DNA from: Felis catus
Taxonomy: Eukaryota
DNA length: 64,000 nucleotides
NCBI RefSeq assembly: GCF_018350175.1
Contig: NC_058381.1
Coordinates: 42,780,001 to 42,844,000, forward strand
Reading direction: 5' to 3'
This document shows, piece by piece, positions 1 to 13,700 of the stretch. The first letter of the stretch is position 1. Each line of letters begins with the position of its first letter. A model generated the notes under the pieces. That model did not search any database, was not told where the DNA came from, and worked only from the letters and a program-made list of their open reading frames with translations. The translations under genes and the position numbers were made by a program.

Positions 1-149
1 CCCTATCTCTTCAAGCGTTAAGGTTTTTTTATGAAAGTTTTCAATCCTGCAACAAAGTCTAAAGACTTTTACATTGAGCATTCATATACACACCATTTAG
101 ATTTTATCACTGACATTTTAATATATTTATTTTATCATGATGGATTTCT

Positions 150-308
150 TTTAATGTTTATTTTTGAGAGAGAGAGGGGAGCAGATGATCCAAAGCAGGC
201 TCTGCACTGACAGCATCGAACCTGTTGTGGGTCTCAAGATCATGAGATCATGAGATCATGACCTGAGCTGAACCTGATACTCAACCAACTGAGCCACCCA
301 GCCGCCCC
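150..308 (-). mobile_element. CAN-SINE
   Basis: Reverse SINEC body with perfect 17-bp TSD tatcatgatggatttct (133-149 / 309-325). Confidence 0.9.
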
Positions 309-509
309 TATCATGATGGATTTCTATCCATTATATTTTTGATACGTTTCAAGTGATTTGTAGACAGTACCTTTCTCTCTAAATAATATAGCATGCATTT
401 CATTGATCAGAATCCCATATGTATTTATAGGTTTTTCTCTTTTATATACAAAGAAATGCACAAATCTCAAGATTATATTCACTGAAGGGTTGGGTTTTTT
501 GTTTTTTGG

Positions 510-1190
510 ATTTTTTTTTTTTTTTAGCTTTACTGAGGTGTAACTTACCCACTATAAAATTCATTTGTTGTATGCTTTCAGTGATTTTTAGTTACTTTAC
601 AGAGTTGTACATCTAATACAATTTAATTTTAGAATATTTTCATTACCCCAAAAAGAACCTCATGCCCATTTTCAGTCACTTGTTATTCCCACCCTCGGTC
701 TTAAGCAACCACTAATCCAATTTCTATTTCTGTATCTTTTCCTTTTCTGAACATTTCATATAAATGCAATCATATAATATGTGGTCTTTCTATCTGGCTT
801 TTCTGACTTAGCGTGTGTATGAGATTCATCCTGGTTGTAGCATTTGTCAGTGGCTCGGTTTTTTTTTGTTTGTTTTTTTGGTTTTTTGTTTTTTTATTGG
901 CCCAATAATATTCCATTGAATGGATACACCACATTTTGCTTATTATTTTATTTACACTTGAATTATTTCCTATTGGCTGAATGAATAATGCTACTATGAA
1001 CATTCTTATACATGTTTTTATCTGGACATACAGTTTCGTTTCTCCTGGGTTTATGCCTAAGAGTGGGATTGCAGGGTCGCATGTTAACTTTATGGTTAGC
1101 ATTTTGAGAAGCTGCCAAACTATTTCCTCAAGTGGCTGCACCATTTTAGTTTCCTGCCATCCACGTACCAGGGTTCTGATCCCTTCACAT
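510..1190 (-). mobile_element. Old LINE-1 3' fragment
   Basis: Minus-strand ORF 770-1264 contains L1 ORF2 C-terminal motifs (VQPL..VW..LK....DPAIPLLGI.P; TCIRMFIVALF); T-rich tail on the + strand. Confidence 0.85.
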
Positions 1191-1350
1191 CTGGGCTTCA
1201 TGAAGGTAGGAATGAACACCAGTCCCAGGTTCATCTTTATGTGCCCAGGGTCTAGCGGGGGCACACCACAGAGGCTGTCGTTGAGCGTTGTTTGGCTTGC
1301 GTGACTCTCAGCCCATGCTTCTCACTTTGTTCCCTTTTGTTCTTTCCTAG

Positions 1351-1505
1351 GGGCTCAACTGGAAGTTTCCAGTTGTCTGGAAAAATGCCGGATGAGCTCT
1401 GCAGATGCTGGGAGGCAGCCCTTCTCTGGAAAGTCCTTTTATCTGGATCTGCCTGCTGGCAAGAGTCTCCAGTTTTTGACGGGGGCCATCCAGCAGCTGG
1501 GTGGA
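1351..1505 (+). CDS. DBF4B: DBF4B coding exon (probable exon 3), start of motif N
   Basis: Pyrimidine tract and tag acceptor ending 1350; AQLEVSSCLEKCRMSSADAGRQPFSGKSFYLDLPAGKSLQFLTGAIQQLGG; donor gtatgt at 1506. Confidence 0.85.
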
Positions 1506-4500
1506 GTATGTAACCTGCTTGTGACTTGTGATATCATGTGCCTTTGTGGGTTATCGGGCAGGAGCTGGAGAGGGATTGTATCTGTGACTTCTAGGTATTT
1601 GATATCTTCGCTTCTGGACTCTTAGTTTTCACAGCTTCATTTTATTATTATTTTTCTTTTTTAATATCTATTTATTTATTTTGAGAGAGAGAGGTAGAGA
1701 GCGAGCAGTGGAAGGGTGGAGAGAGAAGGAGACAGAGAATCCCAAGTAGGCTCCCCACTGTCAGCATGGAGCCCAATGCAGGGCTCGAACTCACGAACTG
1801 TGAGGTCATGTCTTGAGCTGAAATCAAGAGTTGAAGGCTTAGCACCCAGGTGCCCCTTTTTTCACCGCTTTCTTGAGATGTAATCCATATACCATACAGT
1901 TCACCCATTTAAAATGTACAACTCAATGGTTTTTGGTGTATTCACAGAGATATGCAAGCTGTGTGAATACACAATTTTAGAACCTTTTCATCACCCCAAA
2001 AAAGAAGCCATACCCGTTGTCGGTCACTCCCCATTTCTCCTCAATACACCCAACCTGGGTAACCACTCCTCTACTTCTGTCTCTATTCTTTTTTTTTTTT
2101 TTTTTATGTTTATTTTCTGTGTGGCTATGTGATCATGAATACATTTTTGATTACCAACGTTTTGCCCATAACCTTAAAGCATTAGCACTTTGCTATCGTT
2201 ATTGTCCCTCATGTTATTTGTAACGAGAATATATTTCTTTGAGTGGATTATTAATTTACCTAATGGTTACTCTGTGGACATTGAGATTATTTCTAAATTT
2301 TAACTCTTTTACATAACACTGGTGAAAAACTTCCCATAAGAAGCATTTGCCGTATTTGAGTCCTTTAAAATATTTTTAAGCCATGTGTGTGCCGCGTGGC
2401 ACTTTTAGTAAGGGGTTGACATGGGGAACTCTCGAGTTTCGAAAATGGGATGATAGTGCTCGGCTCCGAAGAGGCGGGCAACTAGGGAAATGACTTGAAT
2501 AAGCTTGGAATGCAGAGGCTCTTTTCTGTCAAATGAACAGAAGCTCAGGAATATAGAAGCTTGGCAATGGGGAATGTACCAAGTGTTGATTATACACCCA
2601 AACTGGCCCCAAATTACCTTTTGAACTTTTAGTCCCTTCTATCATTTAGCCTGTGCTGTGTGAAAAAACCACCCCAGAACTGGAGCTTAAAACAAGTTAT
2701 TTCTTACTACTCTGTAGAGCAGCTGGGTGGTTTCTCTGTTGGTTTCATCAAGGCTCCCGCCTACAGCTGCATTTGGGTGGAGGGTCAGCTTGGCTGGAAG
2801 GATGGAGTTGACCTCACACATCTGGGAGTTGGTGCTGGCTGCCTCTCTATGGCTTCTCAGGTGTCGTTTGAGAGGCTTCTTACATATGTTGTATATACGC
2901 GTAACATCATACGTGTATACAGTAAGCTAGACCAGCCTGTTGACACGGCGGTCTCATGGTAGCTTTCTAAGAAGGTGAAGGGAGAAGCTACACGACCTCT
3001 TGAGACTCAGGCTCTGGAACACGTTTCATTACATTGTATTGTTCCAGAGGAGTCTGATTGAAGGCGATGGAAGAGGGGGCTCTGCCTCCTGATAGGAATA
3101 GCCGTCACATTGCAGAAGAGTAGGCAGACTGGAGTGGGAACCACATGCAGCCATCGAACCATCGGCCGCGTTTATATAGGACAGTCATTGTCCTCCCCCC
3201 CCCCCCCCACCATTTGTTTTTGCCATATTACAGAACATAGGTACTCTCATTCAAGCCATAACTTTAAAGATTCTTTTTGTGATAAAACGTACACAGCATA
3301 AGATGTGCCATTTAATCCTTTGTAAATGTACAGTTTTCAGCATTAATTACATTCACGCAGCTGGGCCGCCGTAACCACTGTTTCCACAACTTTTATCACC
3401 CCAGACAGACACTCTGTAACCAGTAAGCAAGAACTTCCCACTTCCCTTTTCTGCAACCCCTGTCCAATCCCCCGTCTGTCTCTGTGAATTTGCCTATTCT
3501 AGAGACCTGTCAGTGGACTCACAGATAGTCGTTCTTTTGTGTCTGCCGCCTTTCACTTAGCGTAATCTTTTCCAGGCTCATCCATGTTGTAGCGTGTATC
3601 TTCACTTCATGTCATGACTGAGCAATATTTTGTTGTATGTACACATCACATTTTGTCTATCATCTGTTAGTCACTTGAGTTATTTGCATTTTTTGGCTAT
3701 TATAAATAATGCTGTGGTGAGCAAGGATGTACAAGTATCTGTTCAAGTCCTTGTCTCCAGTTCTTTGGGGGGCGTTCCTAGAAGCAGAATTGCTGTGGTA
3801 GACGTTGGTAGACCGTGTTTAGCTTTTTGAGGGACTTAAACAGTTGTTGGTTTTTTTGTTTTGTTTTAAGCTCAGTGCTAAGTTTCTCATCCAGTCCACC
3901 CTTCAGAGAGGGCCATCATTCATCCTGACTTTTAGTGGTGTGCTGGAGGTGGAGCCAGTTGTTAGCATCTCTTTCCAGTTCCACGTTCAGTAACATCATG
4001 TCAGTAGCTTGCAATCAGCCATAGTGGGAGTTCTGACCCCCCAGAAATCAGCACATGCTTCGTGGCAGGGATTTTTCCCTGGCGAGTGGGTCACTAAGCA
4101 TTAGCCACCTCGCCACTGCTTATTTCCATCTTTTCTTCTCCCCACAAATATGAGTTGAGTGTCCTTGTGCTTCAGGCACTGTGTTGGGCCCTTGGGATAC
4201 AAAGATGAGTCAGACCCGCTCAGTGCCAACGAGGAGCTTACAGGTAGGATGAGCGGATACCTGTGCAGCTCAGTAGCAGCCAAACTCTTGTCTTGTTTCA
4301 TGTTTTTGTTCCTATTTTTGGTAGTGTGGTCAGGATCACAGGCGCGGTGTCTGGATGCCCCCGAGTATCTTCACAGGAATGCCATGGCTTAACCAGCTAC
4401 TTTTAATCCTGTTGGGCCCCGCCAGTGTGCTCTTTCTCTGTGCAGACTCAATCTGGTCAAACCACAGAGCCTGTGGCCTTCTGCTGCTGGGTCAGGAGCA

Positions 4501-7500
4501 GCAGTTCTGGAGACAGAACCTGTATTATATATATAAACCCTATTATGTTTCAGGATGATGTCTTCTTGAGGGCTCGGTACAAAACTGCACTTGGTCTATT
4601 TAAGGACATTGATTCTGAAACTCCTGGCAGCCAAGATTTCCTTCCCCAACCTCTCAGAATCGATAATTCTACATCTGCCTTCTGGTTTTCAGCCACCTCT
4701 GTGATCTGGTTTCAGGTAATTGAGGGTTTTCTGAGCAAAGAAGTAAGTTACATCGTGTCCAGCCGCAGGGAAGTGAAGGCAGAGAGCAGTGCGACAGACC
4801 ACAGAGGCTGCCCCAGTCCCAGCGAGGTCAGGGTGCAGACACCGTCCACGGCCCATCCGAAGTGCGGCCACCCCCGGCCTCCACAGAAACCCACAGACTC
4901 GGTAAGAACCTCGTCAGGTAGGAAAGGTGTGTTTTCTGAGCAACGGAAATAGGCCTCGGTGAGCCGTTGTGGGCGGTCTCTGGCTCTAGTTCCATCTGGA
5001 TTAATTTAACCTCTCATTTGAATTCAGAGACTGAAAATATTTTATCATAGCTCTAGATCTAAAAACCTTCGCAACTGGTTATCCCCACGCTGTCCCTTCT
5101 GTGATACGTTTCACTTTTTAAGGGACTTCAGAGTCAGAGGGTCAAAAACAATAGGAAGGTCCTCTGTAAACCAGAGAGGGCGTGTTGAAATTGGCCCAGA
5201 CCTGTCTGCTGGGGGTGTGGAGACTCGTGAAGAGAGGTCTGAGAGTACTGGTGACACTTTGGCCTTGGGTAAATTCAGAATGCGCTTCTCCACCTGGGTC
5301 CAAGCTGCAGCTACCTGTGGGTGACCCGGGACTGTGTGTGGCTTTACCTTTACCTCCAAAAGGTTCTCTAGGCTTCTGTTTCTGCTGCTCCTCAGCTGTC
5401 AATGCTCCCAGCTTTCCAAGACACATGACTCCCAAGCCCTCACCAGCACCTGTGTGAACATCTGTTTGTGCACAGGTGGGCTGCACAGCATACCTCATTG
5501 CCCTTCTCTTCCTGTCAGGTGCCTTTGAGCAGAGGGAAGGAGCTACTGCAGAAAGCCATCAGAAACCAGGTGAGCGGAGGCGGGCGGGCTGCAGGTGGAC
5601 GTCTCTGGCACAGGGGAGGATCTCTAGCCTTTCTTAGGAGGGGCTTCTGAAGTACTGACACAGAACGCACAACCTGTGAGACGTACCGTGCTTCTTTTCT
5701 TCTTACAAATGAGGAAGTAGAGCTCAGAGAAGTTCAGTGATTTGTCCAGGGTCGCCCAGGGTGGCGGTGGTAGAGCCCAGATTTGACTCCCTAATCCTTC
5801 CAACACCAGAGCCTGGCACGAGCACCTTGGAGGGGATGCCGCGCTGCACATAAGCCGGACTTTGTGCATCTTTTAGCAGTTTGTCCCTTTTGTGGGACCC
5901 AGAGCCATGAAAGTGAAGCAGCGGGGGGAGGAGTTCAGGTGATCTCGGGAGCACAGTGGGTAAAGTGGCATCGAGAAGGGGGCGCAGGCTGTGGCGGGGG
6001 AAGGCCGTGTGCCGTCCTGGGGCAGCAGGGCAGGAACGGCCTGAGGCCAGCACAGCTTCCTGCTTGATGATGGTGACGGTCGGTCGCCAGTATTTATTGT
6101 GAGAACTTTTCTCCAAGAGGCCCTCCTGACAGCTCTCTGGGAAGCCTGTGCTGCTTCCTGGTCACAAGTGCCTGGAGCAGCAGCCCCCACCTCCCGCTGT
6201 GGCCAGCGCTTGTGGAGGAGAAGGTCTTTCAGGGGACTGGGGTAGACTCTCCCATAACGTCTCTTCACGGGGTGCCTCAGAGCCACTCAGGCCTTGGGGA
6301 GTCTCTTGCTCCTGCCTGACTGCTTTGTCTTCCCAGGGGAGCAACAGTGGAGGAGGTGGCAGGAGCAGCAGCAGTCTCCTGACCAGTGCCCGCTCCTGGG
6401 GAGTGAGGATCCTGCATGTGGACGGTACCGTTTCTGCCCAGGGCTTCTGCAGAGGGGTGTTGGTGACTGACTGGGAACATCCGCTTTTAGAGGGATGTCA
6501 GCCAGTATGAGCTAGCCGAAAGCCGAATGTACCCACTCATCATGTGGCCCCCCAGCGGTGGGGGGTGTGGAGACCAGCAGTAGTCCTAGCAGGTGCTCGG
6601 TCCTAGCACCTAGGACGGTGCTGCTTTGTGGAACGCCCTACAGCTCTCCTCAAGCTGGTGTGATGACCCTTTTCACAAACCGGAAACCCTCCTGGTAGCC
6701 ACAACCACTTACCAGCTGTGGCCCTGTGCTAGGAATGAGCTCAAGTCAATCCCCACTGCAGTCATTTGTCTATTGTACAGATGAGGTAATTGAGCCTTAG
6801 ATGTTAAATAAATTACCCATAGTTTCATCAGAAGCGAGGGGTGTGTGGGGCGCCTGGGTGGCTCAGTCGGTTGTGTGTCCGACTTAGGCTCAGGTCATGA
6901 TCTCACAGTCTGCGAGTTCGAGCCCCGCGTCAGGCTGTGCCAACAGCTCGGAGCCTGGAGCCTGTTTCGGATTCTGTGTCTCCCTCTCTCTCTGCCCCTC
7001 CCCCGTTCATGCTCTGTCTCTGTCTCAAAAAAATAAATAAACGTTAAAAAAAAAAAATAGTCATATAAAAAAGAAGTGAGGGGTGTGGCCCACATTCCAA
7101 CCTAGTTTGACCTGACTAAATTTCATGTGCTTTCGGGGAGCCTCTCTGGCTCGGTGGGTAGGGCATGCAACTCTTTGATCTTGGGGGTGTGAGTTCGAGG
7201 CCCACATTTGGTATAACCTCTAATTTCTTAAAATTATTTTTATACAAAATTTTAACTAAAAACATTTTTTTAAAATAAAATCTTAAACTTTTTTCATGGG
7301 GCGCCTGGGTGGCTCAGTCGGTTAAGCAGCCGACTTCGGCTCAGGTCATGATTTCGCGGTCTGTGAGTTCAAGCCCCGCGTCGGGCTCTGTGCTGACAGC
7401 TCAGAGCCTGGAGCCTGTTTCAGATTCTGTGTCTCCCTCTCTCTCTGACCCTCTCCCGTTCATGCTCTGTCTCTCTCTGTCTCAAAAATAAATAAACGTT

Positions 7501-7738
7501 AAAAAAAAATTAAAAAAAAAAAAAGAAACTTTTTTCATATTTATGTAGGGTTTCCTCGCTGTAACCACCTGTTTGCAGGCTGTAATAAATTTACATTAGA
7601 ATAGCTATCCTAGGGGCAACTTGAGTGGCTCAGTTGGTTAAGCAACTCATCCCAGGTCATCATCTCATGGTTCCTGAGATCGAGCACCGCACGTTGGGCT
7701 CTGCGCTGACAGCACAGAGCCTGCTTGGGATCATATCA

Positions 7739-7769
<31 letters not shown>

Positions 7770-10700
7770 TCTCTCACCCTCTCTATCCCTCTCCCTCCCT
7801 CTCCCTCTCCCCCACCTCCCCTGCTCATGCTTGCTGGCACACACAACATGTGCAGACTCTCTCTGTGTCAATAAATAAACTTTATTTTTTATTTTTTAAG
7901 TTTTTATTTATTTTGAGATAGCACGAGTGGGGGAGGGGCAAGGAGAGATTGGGAGAGAGAGAATCCCAAGCAGGCTCTATGTTGTCAGCACAGAGCCCGA
8001 AGCGGGGCTCAAACCCATGAACCATGAGATCATGACCTGAGCTGAAAACAAGAGTCGGATGCTTAACCAACTGAGCCACCCAGGTGCCCCCAAATAAATA
8101 AACTTAACAAAAAAAAAGAATCGGCTGGCAGTGACTGACTCTCACACCCAGCTCCACCTTGAGTCTAGGGTTTTCTCTAATCCATTGTAGGGGCTGAACC
8201 TCATCCAGCCCAAGATCTGCCAGAGCAATAGAAAACTGCTCAGGAAGGTCCTGGTCTGGGATGTGGGGGGCTCCATTGTCACTAGAAAATCAGCCATTTC
8301 TGACGTGGTCTAATTTCCTGCCTTCCAATGTGTTAGGGAAGCTCCTGCTGGGTCTGCCATATACAGCTACATCTGAGTAAGTCACATGACTGATCTCCCC
8401 CCAACGGAAGCAGCTCTTCAGTGGTACATTAAAGCCCTTGTGAGCCATAAGGCACCTCCTGTTCAAGAGTTGTGTTCAGTACTACAAAACAGAGTGGGGC
8501 CAGCTTAGGTACTTTTCCCAGGATAGAGGACCCAGCCCTTTCTTTTATTATCAGCAGGTGCAGAGGTGACACATAGCCAGAAGGTGGCAGGCAAGGCTGG
8601 TGTGATCCAGTGGGCCAAGCCAGTGAAAAGTATAGCCCCTGGCCCCAGGAAGGGGCCACGCTGGGGAGATGAGGAGTGGCAGTCTGGCCACAGCCCTCTG
8701 TTTCTTCCACAGAAATGATGATGCACGTGCAACAGCTGTCTCTTGACGCCTTGCGTGTGAAGAAACAGGGGCCAAAGAAGAAGCCAGAGGTAAGTCATCC
8801 TGCTGAACTGAAAGGAAATAGATGGTTTGTAAACAGTGAAGTCTGTGACAACTTTGGTAAATCAGTACCCCGTGCAGCCGTGTGTTCTTGGCCATCCTGT
8901 ATCATGTACAAGAAGTGTAGCCTCTCAGCACACCCCTGATATCCACAGCCTCCCATTGCCCTGTTCCCTCTTCCCTGTGTTACCTACAGATCTCCCGTGG
9001 TATACTGAGGCATTCACCGTGGCCTAGGCCGGGGACTGCCTGTGGGTAGTCCTGGCCTAGATAAAACATAAATGATCATGGCCTGCTGGCCAGGCTGCTG
9101 TTCCGGGGACAGCTCTTGGCCAGGGATGAGCCTGCAGATTGCATGGGTGGGGGCAGGGGATGTTGTGGTTTGAAATAGCCGTCACCTTCCAAATTCTTAT
9201 TTGGCTTTTCCTTCCTTTGCTGGAGTTGGAACTGTGTGTACCACACACCAAAACCCAGGCTGATTTTTAAAGTCATGGTGTCTTCATCCAGCCTAAATCT
9301 GAGGAAGGATTAAGCCTTGCAGGGCCTGGCACCCAGGAATAGGACCAACAGTGGTAGCAGACCACAGCCATACCAGATGGAACCTCTGCCTCAGCTCCCC
9401 TCGCTCCACACCCTCTGGTCTGGGAGTCTTCGGGGTTTTGCTGCTGCTATTAAACAGATTTTCATTGTTCACAATTCAAAAGGTTATGCAATGAGTCTTT
9501 CTCCCCTGCGACTTCTCTTCCCCAGCCACCAGGCTCCCTCCCTGAGATAAACAGTGCAAACGGTTTTCAGGTTTTCTTCCAGGATCCGTGCATGTACAAA
9601 CAGATATGTCAAAGTCCCCCCCCCCCCCCCCCCACTTTGTGCAAATGCACAGTATTTTTACTTTGCTTTGTTCACTTAATAATCTATTTTGTAGATACTT
9701 AGGGATCTTCCAGAGTGAGTTCTGGGTGCAGTCTGCTGATGTTTGAGGAAATACGGAAGCTGCTTTGGGTCATGTTTGCCCTGGAGGTGTGGCCTAGAAG
9801 AGAATCCTAATCTCACTGGGCCCAGAGGCACAGACAGTCATGGACCCACTAGATCTCTCCTGCCCGCCCCCACCCCAATTCTACCTGATTTCTTACATTT
9901 TTCCATTTAGTTTGTAATATTAGTTTGACCTTGGCCTAAACGTTGGTCTTGACCAAGAGAGTCCTAATACACAAGACAGGGCACAGGAAGGCAAGAGGCA
10001 GTCTCTTTACACTTGTCCTGTAAGCTGATCTGGGATGCCAGCAGTGCCTAGGAAATGCAAGCTGCCATTTAGTGAGCACCTGCTCTGCATCAGTCTATTA
10101 CCTACTTTCTTTGCATTTGTGCCACATCGGCCAGGTAGGGAGGTGCTTGTCACACCCTGGGTGGCACAGCTCCACTTGGTGCCCAGGCCTGGGGCTTCTG
10201 TGGCTCTTGCTCTTCACTGTCCTGCATTTCCTCCACAAACTCAGCTGCCACTGAGATGCACACACCGCACTCACCGCTCCTCATGTCCCTGGGGAGGCAG
10301 AGGGAGCCGTCCTGTCAAGTTGGCTCCGCTCAGGGCCCAGCCCATAGCAGGAAGCAAAGTGGGGCAGACTCACAGCGACTCGATTCACCGGGCCCTCTTC
10401 CTCGACCCTCTAGCTCCCTCGCATCCTTAACCTATTTTCCCTTTCCATTTAGGGAACGCGTCCAGCAGAGTCAAGAACGCGGAAAGGTCAGTGTGGTAGC
10501 TTTCCTCATCTAATTGCAGTCCCTCCCTCCTAAACGCTTCCCCACGGCTCCCTCTGTGGCAGCATCTGCTCACTTTTCTGCGGCAGGAAGCAAGTCCAGG
10601 TTGTGTTGCCCTGTTGTGTTTCCAGGGCCTGAGCTTTGCAGACAGGAGGGCAAGAGAGGGGTACCCATGAGCAAGTCCAGGGCTGCCCAGCCGGGGCTTT

Positions 10701-13700
10701 TCCTTGGCGCCAGGACCCCACGCGGCCGCTCTGGCTCCTACATCCCCTGCCTGTTCTGGGCATTAACTGAAGTTCGGCTTCCTTTTCCTTCTGATTCAAG
10801 AGCAGTTTGGGGTGGGCAGTTTGACAGCTGCCTACCACTTTCCCAAATGCCAAACTCCCTGAAATTGACAAACAGGCAGATTGACAGCCCGGCTCCCAGC
10901 CCCTCTTGGACCGCAAGAGAGTTTCTCCCCCTGGATGTTTCTCCCAAAGATGCTCTTTAAGTGGCATTTATTCGTGCACAAGCAGGAGCTAAGAAAAGTC
11001 ACTTGGCACCTCTCATGTTCAAAATTCAAGGAAATCTGTGGGGGAATTGATTTTAATCACTGTCTGAGTTAATTAGAAAGACAAGAAATCGCCCCCAAAA
11101 AGTAATTAATGGGAGCTGCTGCCATGTGAGGAGTGAGGCTGCTTTTTGCTTGGGCGCTGGTGGAGCCTGGAGTGGGTCTGCGAGCTGGGAGGCGCCAGCC
11201 TCTGGATGGGGTCTGGGGCTGTTATCTCTGACAGGGCTTTGGTCACTGTGGGAAGTAGAGGTGGTTCTTAATACCTAAGAGGTTTTAGAAACTGTGTGAA
11301 TAATTAGCTAGTAGAGGATGAATCTCCTGATTAACTGAGCAAATTTGTCTTCCCAGCACCCCTTTGCCCTGTTCATTCAGGAACGAGATTTCACCCTTGA
11401 TACATTTTTTTTACTGCCCTCTGCTGTGATCCCTAAACACTCTTTAGCTCTCTTCCTCCCTGCTTTCCCCCAGAAAACCCAGGATCCTCCGGGAGTGTTC
11501 TGCCTGGGAGTGTTCTCGGGCCCCTCAGGATTCTGAGACTCCCAAGAGGAAAGGTCAGGGAAGGACCCAGGGCTTTAAGCAGAAACCAGCTGGGGCTGGG
11601 TTCTGCCCCCCAGCCAGGTTTCTGACCTGCGGCTCACAGCCTCCAGAATCCACACACGGGAGGGTCCTGTACCCTGCTTTGGGGCTTGGGGCACCCTGCG
11701 GCCTCTCCCAGTGGGGGAATTCTCTCTCCCAGGGTAGAGGCCGGAGGAGATGGGAATGGGTGTCCTGCCTCAGCCAAATGGAAAGGTGTGCCTCGGGGTG
11801 GCGTAGGCTCCCGCTCTGAGCAACTCTTAAACCTTGGCAGAGCCTTACCTCTCTAGCGTTTCCTGTGTGTGTGTGGTGTGGGCCCTGCATCGGAGCCCAC
11901 AGATGGCTGACGTGTGTGCTTTTTCTTTCCAGTGGCCAGACTGAAGGCACCATTCCTCAAAATTGAAGATGAGAGCAGGCAAGTGGTGGTGGTTGGCGGG
12001 GGGGGGTGGGGGGGCCTCTCCCCTTTCCCTCCCCTCAGACCCACCAGGCCCGCACAGAGGAGAGGTGCTCAGGGACCCCAAGCTGACGGGGGGGTCATGG
12101 AGCCCCTCAGCCCTGCACCTTCGTCTTCCCCAGAAACCGCTTTCTCCCCCTGTCATGGAGAAGTCTCCCACAGACCAGGAGGAGCCTCTGAAGGTGGCAT
12201 TGCACAGGTGGCACTCCTCTTGGTCATGAGTCAGAGGTTAGTGACCCTGTGTGTGAATTACCTCTTTCTAATGCTCTGCTTTTATGAGCACATGACGTCC
12301 CATCCAGGCTCATTACTGCTCCTCGTTTCCCTGTGGGCATACACTGATGCTTAATACCGAATTGTTGCTGGCCCAGGACAGTGCCAGTATGGTCCTCGTG
12401 GCCAAAGCCAGGGCTCTTGGGGTGGTGTTGGAGACTCCCTTTTCAAACCACCCTGTACCGGAAGCCTTTCTGGTTGGCTGTGCAAAACCCTTTTCTGACA
12501 CCTGCTCTCTCATGAGGAGAAAGACTGGCATGAGGAGACTCTACCCTTTTCCTAGTGGGGAAATCAAGGTCAGAGAAATTAAGGGACTTGTATACGGCCA
12601 TTTTGCCAATGAATCTTAGCCCAAGGCCAGAATCCAGATGTCCTGCCTGGTGTCCTTTTCACTCAGCCCTAAATGTCCACCAGTATGGCCCCTTCTTACC
12701 TAGAGCAGGAGGGTCGCATTGGTTATAATCTATGAGCTGTTAGTCACCTTGGTTATTACTGACTCTTCGATAAGCACTAGATCAAAAACCTGCGAATCTA
12801 TGATTATCTCAGAGGTTTTTCTTAGGGAGAGGGAGACACAGAATCCAAAGCAGGCTCTAAGCTCTGAGCTGTCAGCACAAAGCCCAATTTGAGCCTCAAA
12901 CCCACGAACCATAGGATCATGACCTGAGTCGAAGTCGGACACTTACCCAACTGAGCCACCCAGGTGCCCCTAAAGATTTTTTTGTTTTTTTTATTTTTAA
13001 AGAAAAAGCTCATGTGAACCTAGCAGAGACTCCCAGGACCAGAGCTTTCTGGGTCCCTAAGCCTCAGGCAGGGCAGCTAAAAGACCCGGTGCTGGGAGCC
13101 TGGCATGCCTGCCTACCCTCCAGCTGGACCTAGATTTCCTTCTCAGTACCTGACCACAGTACAGAATTGGCTTTGGTGACCCAAAAATTAGCGGAGGGAA
13201 CACAGAAAGGTAATGAGGTGCTCTCTCCTTCAGTTCCAGTGGCAGGGGGGGTACTTCCCAAACTCAGCCCCTTCACTACCAGTTAAATACAAGTAGCGAT
13301 GACTCATACACAGCAGCATAAGAGACACCACCAGTGCCTCAGCGTCTCACTGCACGTGGCACAGGCGACGTCACTTAACTGGAGTGGTGTCCACATGTTT
13401 GTGTGCCCCTGGCATCACAGGCAGGAGTGGAGATGAGGTTTCTTGTGGTTCTGTTTATGCGCTCTTCTGAAGGCTTGTAGCTTCACCCACCTCAACTTTG
13501 CAACCTTCTAAGCAGAAACAAAACATTGAGGAGGAAGAAAGAGGGGTACTGGGGTGGTGAAGTGTACCTCCTTCTTCTTAAGGATCCAAGAAGACCCTGT
13601 GGGCCACAGGGCTCCCACCATGCCCCGCCCGGGGAACCCATGGCCTGCACTCTCTCCTGGAGTGCCCACTGTTTCAACCAAACATGGTTTCCAAGCCTGG

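Noticed and set aside
770-1264. 164-aa minus-strand ORF
   Set aside because: Decayed LINE-1 ORF2 C-terminus, not a host gene.
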